Shown here: positions 18,280 to 26,726 of the stretch, piece by piece
Numbering within the stretch: position 1 is the first letter of the stretch
How the letters are laid out: every line of letters begins with the position of its first letter
DNA from: Betaproteobacteria bacterium
Lineage (GTDB): Bacteria > Pseudomonadota > Gammaproteobacteria > Burkholderiales > SG8-39
Assembly: GCA_034668045.1 (NCBI GenBank)
Contig: JAXDQC010000071.1
Span: 1 to 57,229, forward strand
DNA: 57,229 bases
Direction: 5' to 3'
Position numbers and translations under genes: made by a program
Notes under the pieces: model-generated
Told to the model about the DNA's origin: nothing
The model's input: the letters and a program-made list of their open reading frames with translations, nothing else
The model's database searches: none

Positions 18280-20570
18280 CGGCCGAACAGCCGATCGAGC
18301 CAGCTTTTCGCTTTCTGCTTCACTTCCTGCACCGTGACGCCGAGCTCGGAGGCGCAGGGCGCGCGGCCGGCGGGTGCGGAGCCGCTGGCGAAAGGCAGCT
18401 CGAGCGCGCCCGGACAGCTCATGTCGGCGCGCAGGCCGCTTTGCGGGTCGATCAGCACGGTGTCGATATTGTCGGGCTTCGCGAGCGCCAGCGGCTCGGG
18501 CGCGAGCGCCGCCATCAGGTCTCCCCACACCGGCAGCGCCGAGGCGGAGCCGGAAAGCCGCGCCGCGCGATTGTCGTCGTAGCCGACCCAGACGATCGCC
18601 AGGCGATCGCCGGTGAAGCCGGCGAACCAGGCGTCGCGCTGCTCGTCGGTGGTGCCGGTCTTGCCGGCGATGCCGATGTCGGCCGGGAAGACGCTCTTCA
18701 GCCCCTGCCCGGTGCCTTCGCGCACCACGCCCTGCATGGCGGCGGTGATGAGGTACGCGGACTCAGGCGCGATCGCCTGCTCGACGCGCAGCGCGTAGCG
18801 GGCGAGGGGCTTGCCCTCCATCGTCGTCACCTCGCGGATGGCGCGCAGCGGCGTCTTGAAGCCGCCGCTCGCCAGGGTCTGGTACATCTGCGCCACCTCG
18901 AGGGGGCTCAGCTCCACCGCGCCCAGCAGCGTGGAAGCGAAGGGACGCAGCGGCCTGTCGATGCCGAGCTTGCGCACGTTGTCGAGCACCTTCTCCACGC
19001 CGACATCGGTGCCCAGGCGCGCGGTGGCGGCGTTGTAGGACTGCGCCAGCGCGGTCCGCAGCGGCACCATGCCGTGGAACTTCTTGTCGTAGTTCTGCGG
19101 CTCCCAGTCGGGCGCGCCGCGGCTCTTCCACGTGAACGGCCCGTCGTCGATCGGCGTGACCAGCGTGTACTTCGCCGGCTCCTGCAGCGCGGTCAGGTAC
19201 ACCACGGGCTTGAGCAGCGAGCCCACCGGCCGCGCCGCGTCGACCGCGCGGTTGAAGCCGCGATAGCGTGCGTCGCGGCCGGAGACCAGCGCCTGGATCT
19301 CGCCGCTCTGCGGGTCGGTGACCACCACCGCGCCTTCCATTCCCGGCGGGCCGAAGCGCTTGTCCTTGTCGAACTGCGCCAGCCGCGTCGTCAGCGCTCG
19401 CTCGGCGGCGCCCTGCACGCGCGGGTCGAGCGAGGTGAAGATGCGCAGGCCTTCCGAGCGCAGGTCCTTGTCGTCGTAGTCGCGCCGCAGCTGCCGCTGC
19501 ACGAGCTGCGCGAAGGCCGGGTAGGGCGAGGTGCCCATCACGGGCTTGGGCACGACGCTGAGCGGCACCGCGCGCGCGATCGAGTACTGCTCCATCGAGA
19601 TGGCGCCTTGCTCCTTCGCCTCGTGCAGCACCAGGTTGCGCCGCTCGAGCGCGCGCGCGGTGTGGCGCCGCGGGTCGTAGACCGCCGGCCCCTTCACCAT
19701 GGCGACCAGCAGCGCCGACTCGGCGACGCTCAGGTGGCGCACTTCCTTGCCGAAGTAGAACTGCGCCGCGAGGCCGACGCCGTGGATCGCGCGGTCGCGG
19801 TCCTGGCCGAGGTAGATCTCGTTCAGGTAGGTCTCGAGGATCTCCTCCTTGCCGTAGTGCAGCTCGAGCAGGACGGCCATGACGAGCTCGGTGAACTTGC
19901 GCTTGATCGTGCGCTCGGGCGTGAGGAAGAAGTTCTTCACCAGCTGCTGCGTGATGGTGCTGCCGCCCTCGGTGCGGCCGGTGGCCGAGCGCACCGCGGC
20001 GCGCGCCAATGCGCGCGGGTCGAAGCCGTGGTGGGTGAAGAAGTTGCGGTCCTCGATCGCCACCAGCTCCTGCACGAGGTGGCGCGGCACTTCGCCCAGG
20101 CGCACCAGCACCCGGTCCTCGTTGCCGGCGGGATAGATGCCGCCGATCAGCAGCGGCTCGAGGCGCGTGAGCGGCACTTCCTTGCCCTGCTCGTCGCTGA
20201 CCGTCTTGATCGCGCCCGACTCGAACTGAACCTTCACGCGCCGCGCCGGCTGCGCCCCGTCCCAGAAGACGAAGGGGCGGACGGAGACCTCCAGCGTGTT
20301 GCCTTCCTTCAGGAACCAGCCGGGCTGTTCCCGCTCGCCGGCGTGGTAGCCCAGGGTGCGCAGCTCCTCTTCGACCTCCTGCTGAGGAATGCGCTGCGCC
20401 GCGTGCAGCTCGATCGGCCGGGCGTAGATGCGGGCGGGCAGGGCGAAGCGGCGCCCCTCGAACTCGCCGGTGACGCGCAGATCGAGGTAGAGGGCGAACG
20501 CGAGGAAGGCGCCCAGGCCGGCGAGCACCGCGTAGCTGAAATACCTTAGGATGCGACCGCGACGCGCCAT
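18276..20570 (-). CDS. mrcB: Penicillin-binding protein 1B
   Basis: PARIYARP, UB2H-like region, GT motifs EDRNFFTHHG, GGSTITQQLVKN and YLNEIYLG; TP motifs SLLK, SYN and KTG. Confidence 0.95.
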   Translation of the reverse strand: MARRGRILRYFSYAVLAGLGAFLAFALYLDLRVTGEFEGRRFALPARIYARPIELHAAQRIPQQEVEEELRTLGYHAGEREQPGWFLKEGNTLEVSVRPFVFWDGAQPARRVKVQFESGAIKTVSDEQGKEVPLTRLEPLLIGGIYPAGNEDRVLVRLGEVPRHLVQELVAIEDRNFFTHHGFDPRALARAAVRSATGRTEGGSTITQQLVKNFFLTPERTIKRKFTELVMAVLLELHYGKEEILETYLNEIYLGQDRDRAIHGVGLAAQFYFGKEVRHLSVAESALLVAMVKGPAVYDPRRHTARALERRNLVLHEAKEQGAISMEQYSIARAVPLSVVPKPVMGTSPYPAFAQLVQRQLRRDYDDKDLRSEGLRIFTSLDPRVQGAAERALTTRLAQFDKDKRFGPPGMEGAVVVTDPQSGEIQALVSGRDARYRGFNRAVDAARPVGSLLKPVVYLTALQEPAKYTLVTPIDDGPFTWKSRGAPDWEPQNYDKKFHGMVPLRTALAQSYNAATARLGTDVGVEKVLDNVRKLGIDRPLRPFASTLLGAVELSPLEVAQMYQTLASGGFKTPLRAIREVTTMEGKPLARYALRVEQAIAPESAYLITAAMQGVVREGTGQGLKSVFPADIGIAGKTGTTDEQRDAWFAGFTGDRLAIVWVGYDDNRAARLSGSASALPVWGDLMAALAPEPLALAKPDNIDTVLIDPQSGLRADMSCPGALELPFASGSAPAGRAPCASELGVTVQEVKQKAKSWLDRLFGR

Positions 20571-20602
20571 GGTTTCATTTTAGCCGCGCTGACAACGACA
20601 AA

Positions 20603-21817
20603 ATGCCGATCGAGCCCGCCGTCACTCCTGTCCCCCGGCCCCGACAAGTGCTCGCCGACTTCGGCGGACTCTACGCGTCGAACGCGGTGGTCGCGTTTCT
20701 CTTCTCCTGCACCGGTCCGGTGGCGATCATCCTCTCGGTCGGCGCGCGCGGCCGCCTGAGCGAAGCCGACATCGCCTCGTGGATCTTCGCCGCGTTCTTC
20801 ATCAACGGCCTGCTCAGCTTCGCGTTCACGCTCGCCTACCGCCAGCCGCTCGTCTTTCTGTGGAGCATTCCCGGCGCGGTGCTGCTCGGCCCGGCGCTCG
20901 GCCACCTGACGTTCGCGCAATGCATCGGCGCCTTCCTCGTCACCGGCGTGCTGCTGCTCGTCCTGGGCGTCTCCGGCTGGGTGCGGCGCGCGATGGATGC
21001 GATCCCGATGCCGATCGTCATGGCGATGGTCGCGGGCGTGTTCCTGCGTTTCGGTCTCGATCTGGTGCGCGCCTTCAGGGATGGGTTGTGGATCGCGCTG
21101 CCGATGACGGCCGCGTTCCTGTTATTGACCTTAGAGAAGAGGATTTCGAAATTCGTTCCCCCGCTGATCGGCGCGCTCGTGGCGGGCGGCATCATGATCT
21201 GGTATCTCGGCGCCTTCCGGCCGGCGCCGGGCGAGCTCTTTGCCTTCGCTTCGCCGATCCTCTACAAGCCGGTGCTTTCGCTGCCGGCGATCATCGAGCT
21301 GGTGATTCCCCTCGCCGTGACGGTACTGGCGGCGCAAAATGCCCAGGGCATAGCGATATTGACCGCGGCGGGCCATCGCCCGCCGATCAGCGCTATCACG
21401 GCGGGCTGCGGCGCGGGCTCGATGCTGACGGCGATGTTCGGCTCGGTCTCGACCTGCCTCACCGGGCCGGTGAACGCGGTGCTCGCGGGCTCCGGCGACC
21501 GGCAGCGCCAGTACACCGCGGCGCTGCTGTTCTGCGTGCTCGCGCTCCTCTTCGGCCTGCTGGCGCCGTTCTTCACCCGCCTGCTGCTCGCCACGCCGGC
21601 GGCCTTCATCGCCACGCTCGCCGGCCTCGCCATGCTGCGCGTGCTGCAGACCGCGTTCACGATCTCGTTCGCCGGCAAGTTCAGCTTCGGCGCGCTGATC
21701 TGCTTCCTGGTCACGGTCGCCGACATCTCGATCTTGCGCATCGGCGCGCCGTTCTGGGGCCTGGTGTTCGGCCTCGCCGCTTCCTGGTTATTGGAGCGCG
21801 AAGAGGCCCGCGCTTAA
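20603..21817 (+). CDS. benE: Benzoate/H+ symporter BenE family transporter
   Basis: YRQPLVFLWSIPGAVL, AMVAGVFLRFG, QNAQG, LAGLAML, IGAPFWGLVFG. Confidence 0.85.
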   Translation: MPIEPAVTPVPRPRQVLADFGGLYASNAVVAFLFSCTGPVAIILSVGARGRLSEADIASWIFAAFFINGLLSFAFTLAYRQPLVFLWSIPGAVLLGPALGHLTFAQCIGAFLVTGVLLLVLGVSGWVRRAMDAIPMPIVMAMVAGVFLRFGLDLVRAFRDGLWIALPMTAAFLLLTLEKRISKFVPPLIGALVAGGIMIWYLGAFRPAPGELFAFASPILYKPVLSLPAIIELVIPLAVTVLAAQNAQGIAILTAAGHRPPISAITAGCGAGSMLTAMFGSVSTCLTGPVNAVLAGSGDRQRQYTAALLFCVLALLFGLLAPFFTRLLLATPAAFIATLAGLAMLRVLQTAFTISFAGKFSFGALICFLVTVADISILRIGAPFWGLVFGLAASWLLEREEARA

Positions 21818-21840
21818 ACCGGTCACGCGGCGAGGCGCGG

Positions 21841-22581
21841 CTAGAGCTCGCCCCCCGACAGCCAGAAGGCGGTGCGCCGGGCGATGTGGTCGAGGACGTC
21901 GAGCTCCTGCTCGCCGGGGTGCCACACCCGCTCGTAGTGCGTCGACAGCATCCCCACCAGATCGCCGCCGGCGCCGATGAGCGGCGTCGACTGCACGGCA
22001 CGCACGCGCGCCGCGGTGAGGACCTCGCCCTCCGGCGTGCCGGCAAAGAGCGGATCGGTGGCGACGTCGGAAACGAGCACGCGCCCACGCGCCTTCAAGG
22101 CTGCGCCGCAGCAGCCTTCGCCGTCGTGCACGCGGGCGAAGAAGTCGAGGAACGGCTGCTCGAAGCCGCGCTGCGCGACGATGCGCAGGCCGTCGGCGCA
22201 TAGGAGCTGCAGGTTCCCCCGCTCGGCGCCGGTCGCGCGCAGAGCGGCATCGAGCGCCGCCTCGACCATCCAGCTGCCGTCCATGGGATCGAACTTCGCC
22301 TGCAGGAAGCCGAGCACCGAGAGCGGCTTCGCGGCTTTGCCGATCTGCTCGCGCGACAGCGCCGCCGCCCGGGTCGCTTCGGCACGCTGCCGCGCGCCGG
22401 GGTGGGGCGCGAACGTGATGATGTCCACGGCCTTCAGGAAAACACTCATCGGCGGCTCGCGGCCCGACATCCAGGCCTCCAGTTCGCGCAGCGACACCCC
22501 GAGCTTCGTGCACAACTCGACCCTGCCGCCGACGATCTCGGCAGCGCGATGCAGCGCCTTGCTGTGGACCCCCGTCCCCAT
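21841..22581 (-). CDS. Cro-like HTH domain fused to a GAF domain
   Basis: N-terminal ALHRAAEIVGG..LCTKLGVS..LEAWMSG; GAF GNLQL, IVAQRGFEQPFLDFF, DVATDPLF, AVQSTPL, GMLSTHY. Confidence 0.8.
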   Translation of the reverse strand: MGTGVHSKALHRAAEIVGGRVELCTKLGVSLRELEAWMSGREPPMSVFLKAVDIITFAPHPGARQRAEATRAAALSREQIGKAAKPLSVLGFLQAKFDPMDGSWMVEAALDAALRATGAERGNLQLLCADGLRIVAQRGFEQPFLDFFARVHDGEGCCGAALKARGRVLVSDVATDPLFAGTPEGEVLTAARVRAVQSTPLIGAGGDLVGMLSTHYERVWHPGEQELDVLDHIARRTAFWLSGGEL

Positions 22582-22657
22582 CCGTGCTTCCCCGACGCAT
22601 ACGTTAGGCCCGGCGGAATGAAGTGTCTAGCGCGAAAGGGCAGAATCGCGTCTTCCC

Positions 22658-23878
22658 ATGCACGTTCTGCGCATCCGCGACTTCGCGCTCTTCCTTGGCG
22701 GACGGGTCTTCTCCGTTCTCGCGTCGCAAATGCAATGGGTTGCGGTCGGCTGGTACCTCTATGACCTGACGGGCGACCCGATGACCCTCGGCTGGGCCGG
22801 GCTGGCGTCCTTCCTCCCCATCGCCGTCCTGACCCTGCCGGCGGGCGACCTGGCTGACAGGGTCGACAGGCGCTGGCTCCTTGGCGCCGCGCACCTCGTC
22901 CAGGCGCTCGGCGCCGCGCTCCTTCTCTTTCTCGCCTTCGAGAAGACCGCCGTTACCTGGCCCTTCTACTGCGCCCTCATCCTGTCGGGCAGCACCCGCG
23001 CGATCGCCGGCCCGGCGTCGAAGTCCCTCGCGCCGCTGCTCGTGCCGCGCGAGCAGTTCGCGCAGTCGGTCGCCTGGGCGCAGTCCGCGCAGCAGATCGC
23101 CACCATCGCCGGCCCGGCGCTCGGCGGCGCGATCTACCTCGCCGGCGCTTCCGTCACCTTCGCCTGCTGCTTAGCGCTCGCGCTCCTCGCCGCGCTGGCG
23201 ATGCTCGCCATGCGCACCCGCGTCGTCGCCGACAAGGAGAGCGGGTCGACGGCGCTGCAGCGCGCCATGGCGGGCCTGCGCTTCGTCCTCGCCCAGCCGA
23301 TCCTCTTCGGCGCCATCTCGCTCGATCTCTTCGCGGTCCTGATCGGCGGCGTCAACGCGCTGCTGCCGGTGTTCGCGCGCGACATCCTGCACGTCGGCCC
23401 GGGCGGCCTCGGCCTGATGCGCAGCATGGTGGCGGTCGGGGCGATCGGCACCAGCCTCGCGCTCGCCCAGCTCCCCGAGCAGCGCCAGCCGCACGCCGGC
23501 AAGGCGATCTTCGGCGGTGTCGCCCTGTTCGGGGTTGCTGTACTGACTTTTGCCGTCTCACAAAATTACTTGCTCAGTCTTTTTGCCCTTTTCCTGCTCG
23601 GCGCCGGCGATGCGATGAGCGTCTTCGTGCGCGCCACCATCGTGCAGCTCGCCACGCCGCAGGAGATGCGCGGCCGCGTCAGCGCCATCCACGTCCTTTT
23701 CGTCGGCTGCACCAACGAGCTGGGGGAGTTCCGCGCCGGCACCATGGCCGCCTGGCTGGGCGCGGTTCCCGCCGCGCTCGCCGGCGGCATCGGCACGTTG
23801 CTGATCGTCGCGCTCTGGACGCAGCTTTTTCCGCGCCTGCGGCGAGTCGATCGGCTGACCGAGGTCGCGCCCCGGTAA
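22658..23878 (+). CDS. MFS transporter (EntS/DHA3-like)
   Basis: About 12 TM segments, GDLADRVDRR, ISLDLFAVLIGG, TPQEMRGRVSA. Confidence 0.9.
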   Translation: MHVLRIRDFALFLGGRVFSVLASQMQWVAVGWYLYDLTGDPMTLGWAGLASFLPIAVLTLPAGDLADRVDRRWLLGAAHLVQALGAALLLFLAFEKTAVTWPFYCALILSGSTRAIAGPASKSLAPLLVPREQFAQSVAWAQSAQQIATIAGPALGGAIYLAGASVTFACCLALALLAALAMLAMRTRVVADKESGSTALQRAMAGLRFVLAQPILFGAISLDLFAVLIGGVNALLPVFARDILHVGPGGLGLMRSMVAVGAIGTSLALAQLPEQRQPHAGKAIFGGVALFGVAVLTFAVSQNYLLSLFALFLLGAGDAMSVFVRATIVQLATPQEMRGRVSAIHVLFVGCTNELGEFRAGTMAAWLGAVPAALAGGIGTLLIVALWTQLFPRLRRVDRLTEVAPR

Positions 23879-23901
23879 GGCCGTCAGTTAGAGTACGCGC
23901 C

Positions 23902-24654
23902 ATGGTCAGCCATGTCCGCGTCGGCAAGGGCCCCCACAGGGTGATCGCGCTGCATGGCTGGTTCGGCAGCGCGGGCGGCTGGGGACCGTACGCGAAGGTG
24001 CTGGACGAGGAACGCTTCAGCTATGCCTTCATGGACTACCGGGGCTACGGCGGCGCGAAGAGCGTCAAGGGCGAGTTCACGATGCAGGAGATCGCCGCCG
24101 ACGCGCTGGCGCTGGCCGACGCCCTTGGCTGGGAGCGGTTCAGCCTGATCGGCCATTCGATGGGCGGCAAGGCGGTGCAGCAGGTGCTGGCCGAGGCGCC
24201 CAGGCGGGTGCAGAAGCTGGTGGCGCTGACGCCGGTGCCGGCGTCGGGCGTGCCGTTCGACGACGAAGGCTGGAAGCTCTTCTCCAGCGCCGCGGCGAGC
24301 GCCGCAGCGCGCAAGGGCATCATCAATTTCTCCACCGGCGGCCGGCACTCGGATGCCTGGCTGGATCGCATGGTGAAGCATTCGCTCGAGAATTCGACGC
24401 CGGAAGCATTCGCCGCCTACCTGCATGCCTGGGCGAAGGGCGATTTCTCCGCGCGCATCAAGGGCAATGCGGTACCGATGCTGGTCATGGTCGGCGAGCA
24501 CGACCCGGCGCTCAACGCGGAGGCGATGCGCGCCACGTTCCTGCAGTGGTATCCGAACGCGAAGCTCGAGACCATCGCCAACGCCGGCCACTACCCGATG
24601 GACGAAACGCCGGTCGCGCTGGCCAGCGCGCTCGAGAGATTCCTTTCTGACTGA
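23902..24654 (+). CDS. Alpha/beta hydrolase
   Basis: LHGW, DYRGYG, GHSMGG, GEHD, AGHYP. Confidence 0.92.
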   Translation: MVSHVRVGKGPHRVIALHGWFGSAGGWGPYAKVLDEERFSYAFMDYRGYGGAKSVKGEFTMQEIAADALALADALGWERFSLIGHSMGGKAVQQVLAEAPRRVQKLVALTPVPASGVPFDDEGWKLFSSAAASAAARKGIINFSTGGRHSDAWLDRMVKHSLENSTPEAFAAYLHAWAKGDFSARIKGNAVPMLVMVGEHDPALNAEAMRATFLQWYPNAKLETIANAGHYPMDETPVALASALERFLSD

Positions 24655-25363
24655 GCTTGTCGAGCATGCGGAGCGAGGGGGCGTCGCGACGGTCACGCTC
24701 AAGCGCGCCGACGCGGGCAACCGGCTCACCAACGCAATGGCAGGCGCGCTCGGCGCAGCGCTCGAGGCGAGCGCGCAAAGCCGCGTCATCGTGCTGCGCG
24801 GCGCGGGCGCCGATTTCTGCATCGGCCGCGACATGCAGCCGCCGGCGCCCGGCGCGCGGCTTTCGCCCGAGGAGGTCCTGAAAACCGATGCGCAGCCGAT
24901 GCTTGCGTTGTTCGACGCGTGGCGGAGCTGCCGGCAGCCGGTGCTGGCCGTGGTGCGCGGAAGAGCCTGGGGCATCGGCACCGTCTTCGCCGCGCTGGCG
25001 GACGTGACCTACGCTGCGGCCGACGCGACATTCAGGCTCGGCGAGCTGGAGCGCGGCATTCCTCCCGCGCTCGCGCTCTCGGCGCTGATCGACCGGATGC
25101 CGCAGAAGGCCGTGGCGCACCTGGTCTATTCCGCCGAGCCGATCGGCGCGCCGGCTGCGCTTGCCGCGGGACTGGTGAGCCGCGTCGTCGAGCCGGCCGA
25201 GCTGGAAGGCGCGGTGGACGGATTCGTTGCCCGGCTGCTGACGTTCGCGCCGGCCACCGTCTGCGCGGTGAAGCAATATCTGCGCACGGCACCGCGCTTC
25301 TCCGAGGCCGAAGCCGCGCTCTACGGCAGCAGCCTGCTCGCCAACGTGCTTTCTTCCCGGTGA
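24647..25363 (+). CDS. Enoyl-CoA hydratase/isomerase family protein (probable CTG start)
   Basis: GVATVTL, LRGAGADFCIGRD, PVLAVVRG, LAAGLVSRVV; the fold begins right after CTG at 24647. Confidence 0.82.
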   Translation: MTELVEHAERGGVATVTLKRADAGNRLTNAMAGALGAALEASAQSRVIVLRGAGADFCIGRDMQPPAPGARLSPEEVLKTDAQPMLALFDAWRSCRQPVLAVVRGRAWGIGTVFAALADVTYAAADATFRLGELERGIPPALALSALIDRMPQKAVAHLVYSAEPIGAPAALAAGLVSRVVEPAELEGAVDGFVARLLTFAPATVCAVKQYLRTAPRFSEAEAALYGSSLLANVLSSR

Positions 25364-25367
25364 GCGC

Positions 25368-26321
25368 ATGAAATTGATCGCCCTCACGCTCGCCGGCCTG
25401 TTGTCGCTCGGGGCTGCGCAGGCGCAGACCACGTGGCCCGCGAAGCCGGTGCGCATCGTGGTCGGTTTCCCGCCCGGAACCACGGGCGATCTCCTGGCGC
25501 GCATCGCGGCGCCCAGGATGAGCGAGAGCCTGGGACAGTCGGTGCTCGTTGAGAACCGGCCGGGCGCCGGCAGCAGCATCGCTGCGGAGGCGGTGGCGAA
25601 GTCCGCTGCCGACGGCACCACGCTGCTGCTCAGCACGATCGCCAACGCGATCAATCCGAGCCTTTACAAGCTGGGATTCGATTTTTCCCGCGATCTGGCG
25701 GCCGTCGCCCTGATCGCCGACGTGCCGGGGCTGCTGGTCGCCCATCCGTCGGCGCCGACGAGCGTCCAGGCCCTTATTGCCGCGGCAAAGGCGAATCCGG
25801 GGGGAATTTCCTATGCATCGTCGGGCAACGGCACGGTGACGCATCTTTGGGGCGAGATGCTGAACGGCAGCGCGGGGATCAAGCTGGTGCACGTGCCCTA
25901 CAAGGGCAGCTCGCAGGCCGTGACGGACCTCCTTGGAGGCAACGTGGCGCTGCTGTTCACGCCCGCATCCACGGTGATCCCCAATGTCGCGGCAGGCAAG
26001 CTCGCCGCGCTGGCGGTCATCGGGCGCCAGCGCCTCGCGGCATTGCCCGATGTCCCGACCATGACGGAGCAGGGCGTCGCCGGATTCGAGTCGGGCCTGT
26101 GGTTCGGCCTGAACGCGCCGGCAGGCACCCCGCCGGCGGTCATCGAGCGCCTCAACGCGGAGGTTCGGCGGGCCTTCGGCGCGGCAGAAGTGAAAGCGCA
26201 GCTGGCGACGCAGGGGATCGTGCCCGCCCCCGGCTCTGCCGATTCTTTTGCGGCCTTCATCCGCGAAGAGACCGGCAAGTGGGCCCGCGTGGTCCGGGAA
26301 TCCGGCGCAAAGGCCGACTGA
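25368..26321 (+). CDS. Bug/tripartite tricarboxylate transporter substrate-binding protein
   Basis: WPAKPVRIVVGFPPG, VENRPGAG, YASSGNG, HVPYKG, LPDVPT. Confidence 0.93.
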   Translation: MKLIALTLAGLLSLGAAQAQTTWPAKPVRIVVGFPPGTTGDLLARIAAPRMSESLGQSVLVENRPGAGSSIAAEAVAKSAADGTTLLLSTIANAINPSLYKLGFDFSRDLAAVALIADVPGLLVAHPSAPTSVQALIAAAKANPGGISYASSGNGTVTHLWGEMLNGSAGIKLVHVPYKGSSQAVTDLLGGNVALLFTPASTVIPNVAAGKLAALAVIGRQRLAALPDVPTMTEQGVAGFESGLWFGLNAPAGTPPAVIERLNAEVRRAFGAAEVKAQLATQGIVPAPGSADSFAAFIREETGKWARVVRESGAKAD

Positions 26322-26346
26322 CGCACGACGGAATTCGGATTACGAT

Positions 26347-26358
26347 GTGACGCGTCAC
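26347..26358. promoter_or_regulatory. Perfect 12-bp palindrome GTGACGCGTCAC next to a -10-like TACGAT
   Basis: Intergenic, directly upstream of the cytochrome c gene. Confidence 0.35.
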
Positions 26359-26381
26359 GGCCTCGTGGAGGAGGAGCGGAA

Positions 26382-26711
26382 ATGATGCGAGTCAGCGCGC
26401 TGGTCCTGTTTGCCGCCGCATCGTTTCCGTCGGCAGCCCAGCAATCCGCGCCAGGCCTGGATGCAAAGCAGCTCGAAGGCCTCAGGCACTTCAACCAGGC
26501 CTGCCGCGTGTGCCACACCAAGCCGCAGATGACCAGCCCGCAGTACGCGGCGGTGCTCAACGGCGCGACGCTCGGCGGCAGCGAGGGCGCGATGCGCGCC
26601 TACATCGCCAACGGCACGGAGCGCATGCCGGGATTCCGCTACCACTTCAAGCCCGCCGAGATCGACGCCCTCGTTTCGTACCTCAAATCCGTCCCGCCCG
26701 GAATCGACTAG
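26382..26711 (+). CDS. Monoheme c-type cytochrome
   Basis: Signal peptide, CRVCH, distal GTERMPGF, strong GGAGGAGGAG SD. Confidence 0.9.
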   Translation: MMRVSALVLFAAASFPSAAQQSAPGLDAKQLEGLRHFNQACRVCHTKPQMTSPQYAAVLNGATLGGSEGAMRAYIANGTERMPGFRYHFKPAEIDALVSYLKSVPPGID

Positions 26712-26726
26712 GCGAAGGAGAACCGC

